Below are positions 28,049 to 40,880 of a stretch of 64,000 nucleotides of DNA, piece by piece; position 1 is the first letter of the stretch, and the number at the start of each line of letters is the position of its first letter. The position numbers and the translations under genes were made by a program. Origin of the DNA: Diplonema japonicum (lineage: Eukaryota > Protista > Euglenozoa: Diplonemea); NCBI GenBank assembly GCA_964019335.1, contig OZ025655.1:796771-860770 (forward strand), read 5' to 3'. The notes under the pieces are model-generated. The model had not been told where the DNA came from, did not search any database, and saw only the letters and a program-made list of their open reading frames with translations.

Positions 28049-29179
28049 TCAGTAACCAGTTGTCTCCCTTGCTCTCCTTGGGGAGCCTTTCGCGACAGCA
28101 CCTCTGTTGAACCTGTCGGATACTTCTTGGAACCTAGCTTTGCTGATCCTCATCTGGTCATGCTGTCTTTCCATCTTCACTTCTTCTTCGATAAGTTCTC
28201 GCTCTTCGGGGTCAAGCACCTGCTTCTTCTCTGCTGCTTCTGCTGCGCGTTCACGCAGACGCGATATTTCCTCCTCCAGCCCCCTATTCGCTGCCTCCAA
28301 GTCATCCAACTCACGTTTCAATTGAGCATCTCTGCTCTGGCACTGGTTAACTCTTTCATAGCTCTGCTGGATCTGTGCGGCTTTTGTACTTATTGTGCCA
28401 TACCTGGTGCTGGATGGCATTCTCTTCTTCGCTATTCCTTCCTCTGAAGTACAGGCAGTCCAGTGTGTTCGGGTAGATCAAGCCCCAGTTTGCCCACTCG
28501 TCGTAGGTGATCTTCCCATCCCTGTTCAGGTCTGCCTTGTAGAACAGCTCGCCAACAGTATTGCTCGAAAAGTCTAACCCACGCTCTCGGAATGCCTGTC
28601 ATGGTGTTTATTCCTTATTTCATTATTTCCCCTCCAAACCTTTTCAAGGTCGCCGTATTCTAAGAAGCTCTTTCTGCCAATGTCAAGCTCGTCGAACGAG
28701 ATGCGTGCTTTGTCATCAGGAGCTAGGTTGGCCCTTTCCGATAATGTTCCTTGGGTATATTGGTAAGGCACAGGTGTAGCGGGGTTCCCTCTTGCGGGTG
28801 CAAGGCCCTGTGGCGGAGGGATGGTAGAAGCAACAGCATTCCCAGCAGTAGGCGGTCGTGGCGCTGGAAGGTCCTGCTGTGTGTCTATCTGCCATGGTGT
28901 CTGTGCTTGGAAAACATATATTTGATCGTATTCGTGAAGCTGCTGTGTGCTGATGAGATCTATCCACTTTAGCTGCACATCATCGTAGATCTGCAGCCTG
29001 CTAACCTTGATCCCGTCAGGTGGCAGCGCAGCACCAGCCGGCCTGATAGAATGCATCTCCTGCGTGCAAACAGTTTCAATCCTTCTGGTTAGTTCACCTA
29101 TGGTGGGCACTGCAGAAAAGGTAATCTCAAGATTCACCTTCGCACCGAACATATCGGAACATACTAGCAGTGTAAACAT
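28049..29179 (-). CDS. BILBO1-like protein (ubiquitin-like NTD, EF-hands, coiled coil)
   Basis: N-terminus CSDMFGAKVNLEITF..PTIGELTR...QIYDD...WIDL...QL..YDQIYVFQ matches the trypanosome BILBO1 NTD pattern. EF-hand DLNRDGKITYDE. Introns at 28596-28639 and 28373-28403. Confidence 0.85.
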
Positions 29180-29595
29180 TTTGTTTGGTGTCCTGCGGTA
29201 TTCTCTTTAAGATTGCATGCATCAAAATAATAACCCCTCCACCTACGTTTCATGTCTTCACATGTCTTCAGAGCCACACAAACTGTCAGCACAAGCAATA
29301 CTGTGGTCGGAAAGGTGTGTGACTTCTTCCGCATCATGTGATGAATCCAATACATGATCAACGCAAAACAAGTACACATAGCTAGCCCTAGAGCTATCAG
29401 GGGGTAGAAGAAGTACAACACGGTCACAGGGAAGACTAACGCACCTGCAGCATCTAAGAGGATGTGCAGCTCGTAGATGTTACTGTTCAAGTAATCGACG
29501 ATGCCCAATCCTGCCAAGAAAAACCCAAAACCCATTAAACCTGCTTGCATGGCTGTCACATGTAGGCCTGCATCCTCTTCCCCATCAGAACTCAT
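29164..29595 (-). CDS. Hypothetical multi-pass membrane protein
   Basis: MSSDGEED... with about 4 hydrophobic segments. The 3' end overlaps the BILBO1-like start by 16 nt, so the true end is uncertain. Confidence 0.5.
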   Translation of the reverse strand: MSSDGEEDAGLHVTAMQAGLMGFGFFLAGLGIVDYLNSNIYELHILLDAAGALVFPVTVLYFFYPLIALGLAMCTCFALIMYWIHHMMRKKSHTFPTTVLLVLTVCVALKTCEDMKRRWRGYYFDACNLKENTAGHQTKCLHC

Positions 29596-29740
29596 AACTG
29601 GTAGAATGATAAGTAGGTATTTGAAATGCAATGCACTAATAGGATGATACTTATCAGCATCCAAAGATCTGCACGAAGTGCCGAGGAAACTCGAGACGCT
29701 GATGTGCAGCAGGCGAGAATACGTAGTCGTCATTATAAAG

Positions 29741-32700
29741 CTAGCTAAGTGCACAACAAGGTTCTTGTTTCGTTATGGCACCCGAGTTGGTTTTTGGAGA
29801 GCAGCAGCAACCTGGCTGCACGGACTTTTTTTTAGAGGCGGGGCTTGCCACGCGCTTCCATGTTGAGCTTTTGACATCTGCAATATCAACAGGCTGGGCA
29901 TTGGGAAGGGGCGCCCAGAGAGCTTCGACGGGAACCTCGTTGAAATCATCACGGGAATAAAAAAGCAGGTACGCTTTTTCGGACACAACTTGTGCTTCGT
30001 CAATGGGAGTTGTCTCAGTGTCGTTGAGTTGGTACCACGTATCGTTTGCTTGTTTGACGTAGGCATAGTAATGTCCCCACGAGGTACGTGCTCCTTCGTG
30101 GTTCACAACAGCGTACAGGCTATAGGTTGTCTTGTCACGCGAGACAAGTTTTGTGGAGTGCGCTTTGTCAGCAGCCCCACTCCCGTCTGACAGATAGGGT
30201 TGAAGATCTAGACCTTTCAGCGGACAAGCAACCTTCGTACGAATCTTTTGGCCGCCACTTTCTGTCGTCCATGTGAAACGTTTCAGCTGGATAACTAAGA
30301 TAGGGGGAAATGCCCAGGCTCGGATGGTCTGTGTCTGCGGCGTCGTTTGCTTACAGCCCTCACATTTGGTTTTCTCTAAGACGGAATTCGTTTCGAAAAA
30401 TCGCTTCAGGCAACTGTCAAGGTCGCATATCTGTTCAGCATCCTCTTCTTGTTTGTAAGCTTGCACGCTCTCGTCTTCTTGGAAGGCAGAAGCAACTTTC
30501 CTGTTATAGTAGTTTTCGAAAGCGTTCTCATTCCAATCGATCCCAACGGTGTCCCTGTGCAGCACGCCATGCCATTCTCCGTTGTCTTGTATTTTGCACC
30601 CGATGCACCCCCGTAACCATCCACAGTCGGAACATGACAACCCATCGACAGTGACACGGGTCAAGACAAAGGGGTAGCCATTAGAGCGATCGTACCCTGG
30701 CAGCACTTGCTCAACCTGTGACCAAACTTCTTCGTATAGGTACTGCCCCGTACCTCGCGATATGCAAAGCATAAGAGGAGTGCCGAAGAGCATGGGCTTC
30801 CAAGGTGCTGAGAAAAGTCGGTCTTGACGTATCAGTCTCCTATTCACAGCTTGAGCAAGGAATCTTCTTGGCCCTTTCACACTAAGATTGTAACCTTTGG
30901 CTTCATAAATATTAACCGTTGCACCTGGTTTCAAGCGTTGCAATTTTTTGACAACTTCATCTTTGCTCCTCCAAACCGGCAGCTCAAAAGCAGTGCCATC
31001 AGGTGTCAGCTCCAAGGCTACAAGATTCGAAGGAGGTATTGCATCATTGAGTACTTTAGATACTGCTGATGTGAGGTCGTGTGTGGTGCCCTTCGAATTG
31101 AGCTTGACCGTTACATGAAGCATAGTCTTCGCGGGTCGGTGCAAACAAATCTTAACAAAAGTATGATCGTAGCACGGGAGAGCCAGAGATAGAGGTGGGA
31201 CAACAGTTTCAATCCTACGTGTGACCTTTGCACAACTGGAGCAGCAACGTGTTGACTTGTGTTGCCATGCAAACAGCGCTGTAAGGAAAGAGTGCTCTCT
31301 TGCAATATGTGCATTCCAAGATTCATCGGCCAGTTGGTGGTCAGTGGACACTTCGGGTTTCAATTTCTGTTTTAATTACTATCATATTTATATCTAAAAC
31401 AAAGCACACCAGTTGAACAGTTTGCTTCGTCCCAACTCTGTTGATATCTTCACCCAACCCTTCCAGTAAAGCAAGAAGGAAATCCTAAATAATTAATTAT
31501 GTCAGTACAAACATAAAGCATACATTGGCGTCTTGTTGCTGTGTTGTTGCAAAGTCAGACCTGAATGACCCCACGAGGCTTCTAAAATAGCGTGGTGCCA
31601 GAGACTGCTTGTCGGTGGTCCAAAGTCGTTCAACCTGTTCGGTGTTCGGTGTTCGGCGCGGTGCCGAAACGTTGCCATACCAATTCCGTGAATGCAACAG
31701 CAAGCTTCCCACCCATGCTCCACTGTGAATCTCTGTTTAAGTCGTAAACATAGAGGCCGCTGCAGAAGTACTCTCTGAGAAGCCGTGTGTGGCTCAGAGC
31801 TTGAATTGTAGAATTCAGATAACAGGTATTAGTTAGGTTTTGTAAGCCCACCTTTCCAAAGCTGTTGGTGTCGTGGTCTGCAATCTTTCGTGTAACCCAT
31901 GTGCTGGGTATGAACACAGAATGTTCTGTGCGGTAGGGAACAACTTTCAACCTATTCGCTTCTTTAGATAGCACAGTTGCCTTTGTTGTACGACTGGCCT
32001 GTGCCTTGTTTTTGTCATATAAATAACATTCAATACGGGAGCCACAAATAAGTGCTCTAATGTCCTCTTCTAAGGTATTTGTTTGCTTCAAGCATTGCCC
32101 GCCAGCAAATGTGCTTTCGACACCTGACAAGCTAAGAAATGCTTGCAGCTCTTTCAAGTTTCGATCATGTTCAGCAAGTGGCAGGTTTATGGTTATGTCG
32201 CCGTTGCATCTCAGGTGCTGCCCTTCTTGCTCTATGAGATCGATCCCGCTATACGTCATCTGCCCTACGCTCATCATAACTCCACTTTTCGCATCCATTT
32301 TCACTGTGACCAGTCCATCTTCGTTGTTAAAGCTGATGGTCTCCTCCAACAAGGCGGAGCCAATCATAAAGGATGACCCGTCAACAACATCATGCTGCTC
32401 GAGTGTTGTGTCCATCTTCTCCGCATTCACCCTCTGCCAACCACTAGCCTCCTCCCATAGAACCACATCTTCAGGACCCATATTAAATATTTCAGCGGCT
32501 GATTCAGTCAGTTCTGAAAACTTTGTTGTGACGGAAAAAGAAGCTTCAACGGTAGCCCAGGTGCTGAACTCACGAGATGGGCTCCCATTAATAATGCTGT
32601 AGTTTTTTATATGTTGCTGCAAAAGGTGTAGACATACATGAGTCGTGGCGGGTGCAATTCTAGCATTTTACGACCATCAATCTCTATCACTTGCCGAGCT

Positions 32701-34253
32701 ATTTCGCTCTCTGCGAAACCTCCAAACCATGACGCAAGTGCCCTCCACGCTCCTTGGGTGATAAGTTCGTAGTCTTTACCACCATCTTCTCCTGCCCAAT
32801 CTATATTTCTCCGTAATTTACCTGACTCTCTTAATAAACGTTTGTTGTCCAACTGCGGCATTGCCCTGCCGCCAACCCAGTTAGCTTCATCCGCCTTTTC
32901 TGTAGGTTCTTGCGAAGCAGACACGCTCTCTTGCCATTCCTGCCACCACCGTGCATCGATCAGACACCATACAGTTCCTACAGCCCCTGGGTCTTCAGGC
33001 GAAAAGTGCCGGTTCAGATTTTCTATTATGTCGTGTTCTTCTTTTGGCGTCGAGGGACGGACTCTCATATCGATGAACGCTATTTGCCACACAGCTTGTG
33101 TGAACTGCATCCCAAGTTCATGGCCCACAGCCCAAGTCAACAATTCATCTGGTGTCAAGGTTGTCTTTCCAGGCGGGAATGCGGTATCCAGAAGTATAAC
33201 AACTTTTGGACTCACTCTGGGGCTAAGGATTGTGGAGACGTCTTTACCCCCGCTTGCAGATCGGTAAAGGGTCTCCACATTCCATAGGGATTCAATCATT
33301 TTTTTAAAGTCTTCCCTTGTCAGCAACCCATCATTGTCAGAGTCAAAAAGACGGAAGCAAAATGTAAGCTTCTCCTGTGCAGTACCGTGGCAGCACACAG
33401 CAACTGCAGCAAGCAACTCTTGTAAACTGACGCTCGATGTCATCGTTACATCGAGAGCCTTGAACATTTGAGACTTCAGGCCGTCAGGGACAGAAGGGAG
33501 TGCTCTCTTAAAAGTCTCTTCGTCCACAATGCCTGTTGGCGACAGTGATCGCATGTTCTGATACACAGATTGGAGTTCTTCAACCTTCGCATGCGACAAC
33601 CCCAATGTCTCTGCAAGCGACCTGCTGGACATGTCGCACCTGCGCATCACATTAGTATGAACCAGGTTGTGGTGGTGGGACCGAATGCCTTGTCGTTGGA
33701 GAAGGTCTTCGAACTCATAAATCCATGCCACCACTGAGAAGGAGATATTTGGGTATGCACTTGCCGTTTTTGTCGTCCACACTGAGAAGTCATTAATATC
33801 AAGTTGTGTTTGCACGTTTTCATTTTCGAGCCCTCGCACGACGATATCATCATCAGGGAAGAGCTTAGCATGTTCTAGAAGCTCTTCTTTTTCTATGTAG
33901 CCGTCGTGGTTGCTATCATAGGCACTGAATACCAACTGCAGTCGTTCTTCAGCTGTACCGTTCCGGAGAATTGCAAGGCCTTGCACGAAGTTTTCTTTAC
34001 TAATCACCTGAGCCCTGTCCATGTCAAATGCTCGGAACAAAGCATGCCCAAGCTGTGTAGGCACAGCTGGGAACACTGACCCTATGAAAGACTTGAGAAA
34101 AACATCAAAAGTCATGGTTGACTCGCCTTTTGTCAGCTGATTGAAATCCTCAAGAGCCTCAACGCCCCCATCAGCAAATCTGGCTTTAGCGTTTTCATAC
34201 GATATCAGGTGCCCAGCTTTTTGAGACAGCGTCTTTTTCGGATCTTCATGCAT
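29741..34253 (-). CDS. USP32-like deubiquitinase (EF-hands, DUSP, UBL, USP catalytic domain, CaaX)
   Basis: EF-hands DSNHDGYIEKEE and DSDNDGLLTRED; DUSP WCLIDARWWQEW; Cys box GLQNLTNTCYLNS; QQQDA; His box NHEG...GHYYAY...WYQLND; ends CALS. Four short introns near 32.6, 31.65, 31.5 and 31.39 kb join the ORFs. Confidence 0.85.
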
Positions 34254-34365
34254 GCACTCACCCTCCCTCCTGTTAATGATTTGTTGCGAAGCACGTGATC
34301 TGATGGAAATAGCAAACGCGGCGTACACAGAATACTGCCTAGTGAATACTAACTGAAACTAGAAG

Positions 34366-34686
34366 CTAAAGCTTTGCTAAGTCTTCAAAGCTGCCTAGTA
34401 GATATGGTCGTAAACTCTGAATGAGCACAAGGTCGTGCTGTTTTTTAAAGGCGACAGTTGCATCGTTGCCGCCATGTCTGGTAATCACATCGGGGCCACC
34501 CACATGCGTTATCGCAAATCGCGTTATGTCGTACACCATCTCTTCAAGCACAATCCAACAATCAGAAGGCGATCGATGTTTTGCCAGTTCTGCTGCGGAT
34601 ATTTTCCTGCACTTGTTAGTCTCGCTTCTGCTGACAACACCTCCTTGGTTTGCCTCATCTAACATGAATGCGTAAGCATCGGCCAT
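34366..34686 (-). CDS. Cytochrome b5-like heme-binding protein
   Basis: ELAKH..PSDCWIV....VYDITRF...HVGG......GGNDATVAF...H. Confidence 0.85.
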   Translation of the reverse strand: MADAYAFMLDEANQGGVVSRSETNKCRKISAAELAKHRSPSDCWIVLEEMVYDITRFAITHVGGPDVITRHGGNDATVAFKKQHDLVLIQSLRPYLLGSFEDLAKL

Positions 34687-34765
34687 TTTCCTTTTACTCC
34701 TCCCCTCCTCCTTCGTGTGTAAATTTACTTGCTCATTAAACCTGGACAAGCGGTAAACATGCGAA

Positions 34766-34972
34766 CTACTCTTTTGCATTGAAAGCTGCATTGAATTCTT
34801 CTCTAAGAAAACACCACCGGAACATTGACGGGCGCGGGTCTTCATCTCCATCTTCACCTTCGATTGGCGTAAGTGACACCCATGGCGGGTTTACTAACTG
34901 AGCTGGTAACAACCAATTGTGTTCTGTCATCCCATAAACACGTGGGTGGAGACTTTGAAGGTTCAGGTCCAT
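34766..34972 (-). CDS. Small hypothetical protein (68 aa)
   Basis: ATG-initiated ORF on the cluster strand that fills the intergenic slot. No known motif. Confidence 0.35.
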   Translation of the reverse strand: MDLNLQSLHPRVYGMTEHNWLLPAQLVNPPWVSLTPIEGEDGDEDPRPSMFRWCFLREEFNAAFNAKE

Positions 34973-35021
34973 TCGAATATAATTGATGATTTGGGTTGCA
35001 TAGTATGATAGCTGTGTATAG

Positions 35022-35487
35022 CTAGCAAATTTGTTCCTTTTTTTTTAAGTATACCGTGAAAAAATATGTTATTATCAGGCCTATCACGATCCCGTACGTC
35101 AGCTGAAGAAAGCGCAGTGTTTGGACTTTGAAAGTCCTATATCTCTTGGGGAGCCTGGACTCGGTTAACACTCCCTTCCACCTTTTTTCCTGATTCACAG
35201 GTGGCAGTACTTCACCCCAGATTCCATAGGAAACGCTCCGCCTCACTAGTTCAGCCTCTGGAATTTTCGCAATTAATTCCTTTCTGCGCAGTGATCTATC
35301 AGGTGTGAATGCATCCTTCATGTACCTGTGCTTCTCCTATAAATTGATAACCATACTCTTGATAAACTTCGTATCTCTCGATCTGTTTCGCATGTGCCAC
35401 GTTCGGGTCCACCGTTAGCTTCGCATCTCCAACAACTTCTATTGCTTTTTCGCAGTAGCGCCGAACTACTCCTGAAGAAGCTCTCAT
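35022..35487 (-). CDS. Hypothetical protein with C-terminal TM, possibly mitochondrial
   Basis: MRASSGVVRRYC... joins YMKDAFTPD... through a 31-nt intron at 35326-35356. Confidence 0.55.
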
Positions 35488-35790
35488 ATCATCGTTCTGA
35501 AGTGCATGGAGTAACGTGGGAGCTCTAAGAAAATAAATTATGTATGAGTATTTAACACGTCTAAGTCTATTGCTTTGCCACCGCAGTAAAGGGGCAGGCA
35601 ATAAAAACAAGAAATTACAAAATGTTGTTGACAACGACCGCGTGGCCGGTGGGGAGGGTGGCCAGAGTGGCCAGAAGGGTTGATCTTGTTCACAAGAAAG
35701 GTTATTTATGAGCACAACAGACATTTCAAAACCTGGAAGTGAACCAAGAAAAAGGGAGAGGATATCTAATGCGGAATACAGGCTTGGCGG

Positions 35791-37017
35791 TCACATAACT
35801 GTCCTCCTGAGACCAGCAGAAACAAGCGGCGGTAGGTGCGTCAGCTCTGACTTCATATTAACATCAGCCAGGAAGTGGAAGAGGTGCTGCCTCAGAGACA
35901 ATGGTTCGAGCTCTATTTCAACACAGTCATTGACGTAGCCGTTTCCTGTAACGCACCCGCCAAAGGTGATCAGTGTGTTGTTCCATTTTACTGTAGTAGG
36001 ACGTGTGCGCCCGCCGAATTTAATTTCGGAATCAAGACGGTCCCAAGTCATTGTCTCAAAGTTCAGCTGGTGGGAGTCCTCGAAGTATGTAAAAGCACCT
36101 CCGGTGAAGATAGCGAGCGTTTTATTGTGGTAGATTGCCGTGCTGCACATTCTGTTAGCAGGAGGTGTGCCCTTCACTGGTAGCAGCTTTGCTGTCATGC
36201 GCGATAGGTCGAGTTCATGGACTTCGTTCAGAAAGCCGTTCTCAGCTCTGCCACCAAACAAGATCATATTGTTATGATCGCCAATAACACACGTGTGGTA
36301 CATCCGCGGCACTGGGATCTGCCCCGTGTAGTCACAAGCTGTCCATCGCTCAGTCTCGAAGTCTAGTTCCCAGATATCATTGAAGAGCAGCAAGGAGTTG
36401 TTGGCGTCATCTTGCCCACCTCCAAACACATACATTTTGTTGTTGTGAACTACTGCCGTGTGGCCCTTTCGTCTGTCAGGCGTTAGACAGCCGAGGGAAG
36501 GGATGCGGGACCATTCATACGTCTTCAGGTTCAGTGCCCACAGGTCATTCAACCACCAGTTGTGCACTCCTGCGTGGTCAGCTACCCCTCCGAAGATGTA
36601 CATTATGTCATTGTGAACAACAGCGGTATGACCAGCTCTTGGGATGGGCTTCTGAGCAGATTGGTCAACACTTTTCCATGTCTTAGTTGTGAGGCAAAGA
36701 AGCCACAAATCATCAAAACACTTGTTGTCCCTGCCACCGAAAACAATCATTGTGCCTTTATGAACTACTGCGGTGTGACCAAACCTCGGCTGTGGGGTGT
36801 CCTTGGCCTTGCCCTCTTTCACAACATGGCTATTAAGCTTCTGCTTGAATAAACGCTTTGCTGGACTCACAACGTTTTCACGGAAAGGCAACACAGGCGT
36901 CCTGAAGTCGTCGTCATACTCGCCGTCAGTGCTGATGTCTTCATATGTCATCTCATTTGTCAGCTCCGCTGATGAGCAGGGACTATTCGGTGCGGAATCT
37001 TGTAACAGGCATGCCAT
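35791..37017 (-). CDS. Kelch-repeat beta-propeller protein
   Basis: Repeated PR.GHTAVV...(M/I)(I/Y)(V/I)FGG...ND(L/I)W units. Confidence 0.9.
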   Translation of the reverse strand: MACLLQDSAPNSPCSSAELTNEMTYEDISTDGEYDDDFRTPVLPFRENVVSPAKRLFKQKLNSHVVKEGKAKDTPQPRFGHTAVVHKGTMIVFGGRDNKCFDDLWLLCLTTKTWKSVDQSAQKPIPRAGHTAVVHNDIMYIFGGVADHAGVHNWWLNDLWALNLKTYEWSRIPSLGCLTPDRRKGHTAVVHNNKMYVFGGGQDDANNSLLLFNDIWELDFETERWTACDYTGQIPVPRMYHTCVIGDHNNMILFGGRAENGFLNEVHELDLSRMTAKLLPVKGTPPANRMCSTAIYHNKTLAIFTGGAFTYFEDSHQLNFETMTWDRLDSEIKFGGRTRPTTVKWNNTLITFGGCVTGNGYVNDCVEIELEPLSLRQHLFHFLADVNMKSELTHLPPLVSAGLRRTVM

Positions 37018-37483
37018 GTTGATGTACTACACCTGCTTGTGCTTGGGGGTAGAAATGTAACTTGTGATGTACTTAATAAAACTCTTAAAACTCGATGAGA
37101 AAATCAATAAATTGTGGAGTGCTAAAACCTAAAGAAGCAATACTGATCATTTGGGGGAAAGAGGAAGAAGAAAAGTAAACCATGTAACGAAATAATAATT
37201 AAAGTGTGTTGACACAGGGAAGGGAACAAGAAACCCACCTGCCAGATCCCAAACCATAACATATACCCACTTACCACCAACATCATTACTAAGGAAGCAT
37301 GCTACCAAAGGCAGGTGTTAACAAACAATCTCCAACAAAACACCTCCATCCCCCCCTATTGTGTTGAAGTCTTGATGCATGAACAGGGAAACGTTTCCAT
37401 TTCAGTTTCCTTATTTTTCAGATACTTAACCCTTATCAGCCCGGGGGGGGGGGGGGGGGGGGGGGGGGTCATAAGGGGGTCGT

Positions 37484-37868
37484 TTTTTGCCATTTTTCAG
37501 TTGCTTCCAAGGGCATTTTGGGCCCTTAAAAACAATGTAACCACCCCAAAAGTGCCCACAAATCACCCAAACCCCCGTTTCCCGATGGTTTCCGGCCCCA
37601 GAAGTGCCCAGAATCATGTTCTAATTTTGGGGCCCCCGTTTGGTACTATCCCAGTGTAATCCTGGGGAACGTAAAAAAGGGGTCCATAGGATTACACTGG
37701 GATAGTACCAAACGGGGGCCCCAAAATTAGAACATGATTCTGGGCACTTCTGGGGCTGGAAACCATTGGGAAACGGGGGTTTGGGTGATTTGTGGGCACT
37801 TTTGGGGTGGTTACATTTTTTTAAGGGCCCAAAATGCCCTTGGTGAAGCAGCTGAAAAATGGCAAAAA
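37484..37868. repeat. Long near-perfect inverted repeat (~180-bp arms, 24-nt spacer 37664-37687)
   Basis: ...GGTACTATCCCAGTGTAATCCT / AGGATTACACTGGGATAGTACC... with complementarity extending out to TTTTGCCATTTTTCAG / CTGAAAAATGGCAAAA. Confidence 0.95.
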
Positions 37869-37974
37869 GTGGCCCTTTTTAACCATCTACCAACAGTGTT
37901 GTTACGAGAATGGGTTGCCCCCCGAGATTTTCGGGGGGGCACAGGGGGGCAAATCCAGGGGGGCAGGGGGGCAA

Positions 37975-38480
37975 AAAAAATTTTTTTTATAGTGTCCAAA
38001 AAAGTTTTTTTTTCCACCCAAAAGAAGTTGTCAAAGACACCCAAAAATTGATTTTTTTTTCTCAAAAGTACCCTAGGCCTTAATAGAGGCATTTAGTGAA
38101 GTGGGGTGAAAGTGAGAAGTTTGGGGGTCAAAAAAAAAGGTGCCCAAAAAAAATTATTTTTCACATGAACAAGTGGTCAAAAACACCTGAAAAGTTGTTT
38201 TTTACCTCAGAAAAATTGATTTTTTTCCATAAGGGTACCTATATCAGGCCTAGTAATGGTCTATCTTTTGGTTTTCTCTCCTTTATGACTTACCCTTCTC
38301 ATTCTTTGTAATTACCCCCCCTTTTTGTTTACTGTACTTTATTGGGTGCATGGGGTGCTGGAAAAAAAAAAAAAATAGTGTCCAAAAAAATTGTTTCCTC
38401 CCAAAAAAAAGTGGCCAAAAGCACCCATAAATTGATTTTTTCTCAAAAAATAATTTTTTTCCCCCTCAAAAGTACCTATT
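37975..38480. repeat. Three diverged A/T-tract-rich direct repeats
   Basis: A unit GTG(T/C)CCAAAAAA...AAGT(T/G)G(T/C)CAAA...AATTGATTTTTT...GTACC recurs at about 37990, 38140 and 38380. Confidence 0.6.
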
Positions 38481-38807
38481 CTAGACAGGGTTGGTCAGAC
38501 TGGACTGGTAAAACCGAAAATACGGGTCTGAGGGGTCTACCAGTCTGACTGGTCTGATGGGTCTGGCCAGTCTCACGGGTCTGGCCCCAACTTTTTTTTT
38601 TCCCTTTGTCAGGCATCCTGCCACACACCATAGGTACCCTTAAATGTCTTTTTTTTTTTTTTTTTTTTTTTCTTCTTCATACCACAGACATGCACAGCTC
38701 CACAGGGGCAGTGTTGGTCCAGACCCTTGAGGGACTCAGGGGACTCCAAGGGACAGGACAGGACAGGAGTCCCCTGAAATTTTCAGGGGTCTGGAGGGGA
38801 CTCAGGG

Positions 38808-40880
38808 CAGTGATGGGTGAATCCTAATTAGGACTAGACCGGACTGGACCAGACCAGACCGGATCCAGCATGAATTTCGACCCAATTATGCCAGACTGAC
38901 CAGACTGACCAGACTGGACTGGACTGGACTGGACTGGACTGGACTGGACCGGACCAGACTGGACTGGACTGAACCGGTGGACAAGATACAACCACAACAC
39001 CACATCCCCCCCTTTTTTTTTGCTGCAGAGTTCAAACATATAAACAGATGTCTACAAGAAAAGATGTTACACAGGTACTGAGAGACAACAACAACAACAA
39101 CAACGAGAAACAAAGGAAAAAGAAAAAAAAAAAGAAAAAAGAAGAAAAAAAAACCTTTATCTTCTTTTTCAGGTGGTGGGGATAACATGAAAATATAAGA
39201 AAAACATCAGATGTGTTCGCTGTTGACCTCCTCATCAGTCATCACCAAGCAAACCACATGAGTGCAGAATCTTGGTTACCCAGGGTGCCCCAGCTAGGGT
39301 TGGTTGTAGCTTCTTCTGCATTCTGTGTTGTGTCCTTAATGTGTGCAGTGTTCAGTTCAACCCCAGCCAGGGCGTCCCGGGTAACCAAGATTCTGCTCAT
39401 GCAGGGGTGGGTCGTTTTGTTCCCTTCCACCAAACTGAAAAGTCGGAACTTGGTGGAATGGTGGAACCGGAACTTGGCAGACAGGGAATTCCTAACCTAT
39501 TTTTTTTCTTTTTCTTTCCCCCCCCCTTTTTTTTTCCTCTTTGCATCATCAAGGTTGAAAGTGGTGACTATATCACCACAACACTGACAGCACAATATTC
39601 CATGTCGTGTTCTTAATGTGTGCAGTGTGCAGCTCAACACCAGAGCATCTGCAATACGTTCCTCCACTCGGGTGCTACCAGTGATGACCAACATGGAGGT
39701 CAACAGCGAACAACACATCTGATGTACTTCTTATATTTTCCATGTTATCTCCACCACCTGAATGATATATATATGAGTTAAAAGAGGCCAGTGTTGGTGG
39801 CACCCTGCACAAGAACTGTCTACTTGATTACAGGGGGCACCGCAGCCGGGTTGTAGCTTCTTCTGCATTCCGTGTCATGTCTTTAATGTGTGTGGTGTAC
39901 AGCTCAACCCCAGCCGGAGTGTCCCAGGTAACCAAGATTTGGTGCTTGTGCAGTTTGCTGCCTGTTTGTCACCCTGAGCATCTGCATTATGTTCTTCCAC
40001 TCGGGAGCTACTGGTGATGACCAATGAGGTCAACAGCAAACAACACATCTGATGTTTTTCATGCTATCCCCACCACCTTTGGAATAATATACAAGAGTTA
40101 AAGGAGGCCGGTGTTGGCAGTGCCCTGCACAAGAACTGTCTACTTGATTACAGGGGGTGCACCACAGCCAGGTTGTAGCTTCTTCTGTGTTCTGCATCGG
40201 CTGTGGTGATTAAGGACAATAGGAAAAAAAAAAAAAAAAAAAAAAAAAAAAGGTAAGGAATTCCCTGTTCCACCAAGTTCTGGTTCCGCTGTTCCACCAA
40301 GCTCCGACTTTTCAGTTTGGTGGAAGGGAACGGAACGACCCACCCCTGCACGAGCAGAATCTGGTTACCCAGGACGCCCCGGCTGGGGTTGAGCTGAACA
40401 CCGCACACATTAAGGACACGATGCGGAATGCAGAAGAAGCTACAACTCGGCTGTGGTGTACCCCCTGTAATCAAGTAGTCTTGTGCAGGTCCTTTAACTC
40501 ATATATCTCTCACCACGGCCGGGTTGTAGCTTCTTCTGCATTCCACGTTGATCACCACAGCCAGGTTGTATTACATCCAAATACAACATTTCCAGACATA
40601 TGTACATACCTGCAGCTGCAGTGCACCAGAGTAGATAGGTGCAAATGGCTTGATGGAGCTGTGCATGTCTGTGGTACAAAGAAGAAGAAGAAGAAAAAAA
40701 AAAAAAAAAAAAAAAAAATCATTATCCAATGAAAAAAAAGTGTTTGCAGGTGTGTCAAAAATTGCAGAAAATTTTCGAGTCCAGTCAGTCCGGTCAGTCT
40801 GGCCGATCTGGCCGATCCGGTCAGTCTGGTCAGTCTGGTAAAATGGGTACACCGGACCAGACTGGATTCACCCATCACTG
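38808..40880. mobile_element. Non-autonomous TIR DNA transposon, family A copy 1 (hAT/P-like)
   Basis: 17-bp TIR CAGTGATGGGTGAATCC / GGATTCACCCATCACTG; 7-bp TSD CTCAGGG at 38801-38807 and 40881-40887; GGAC(T/C) subterminal repeats; empty site at about 41951-41980. Confidence 0.9.
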
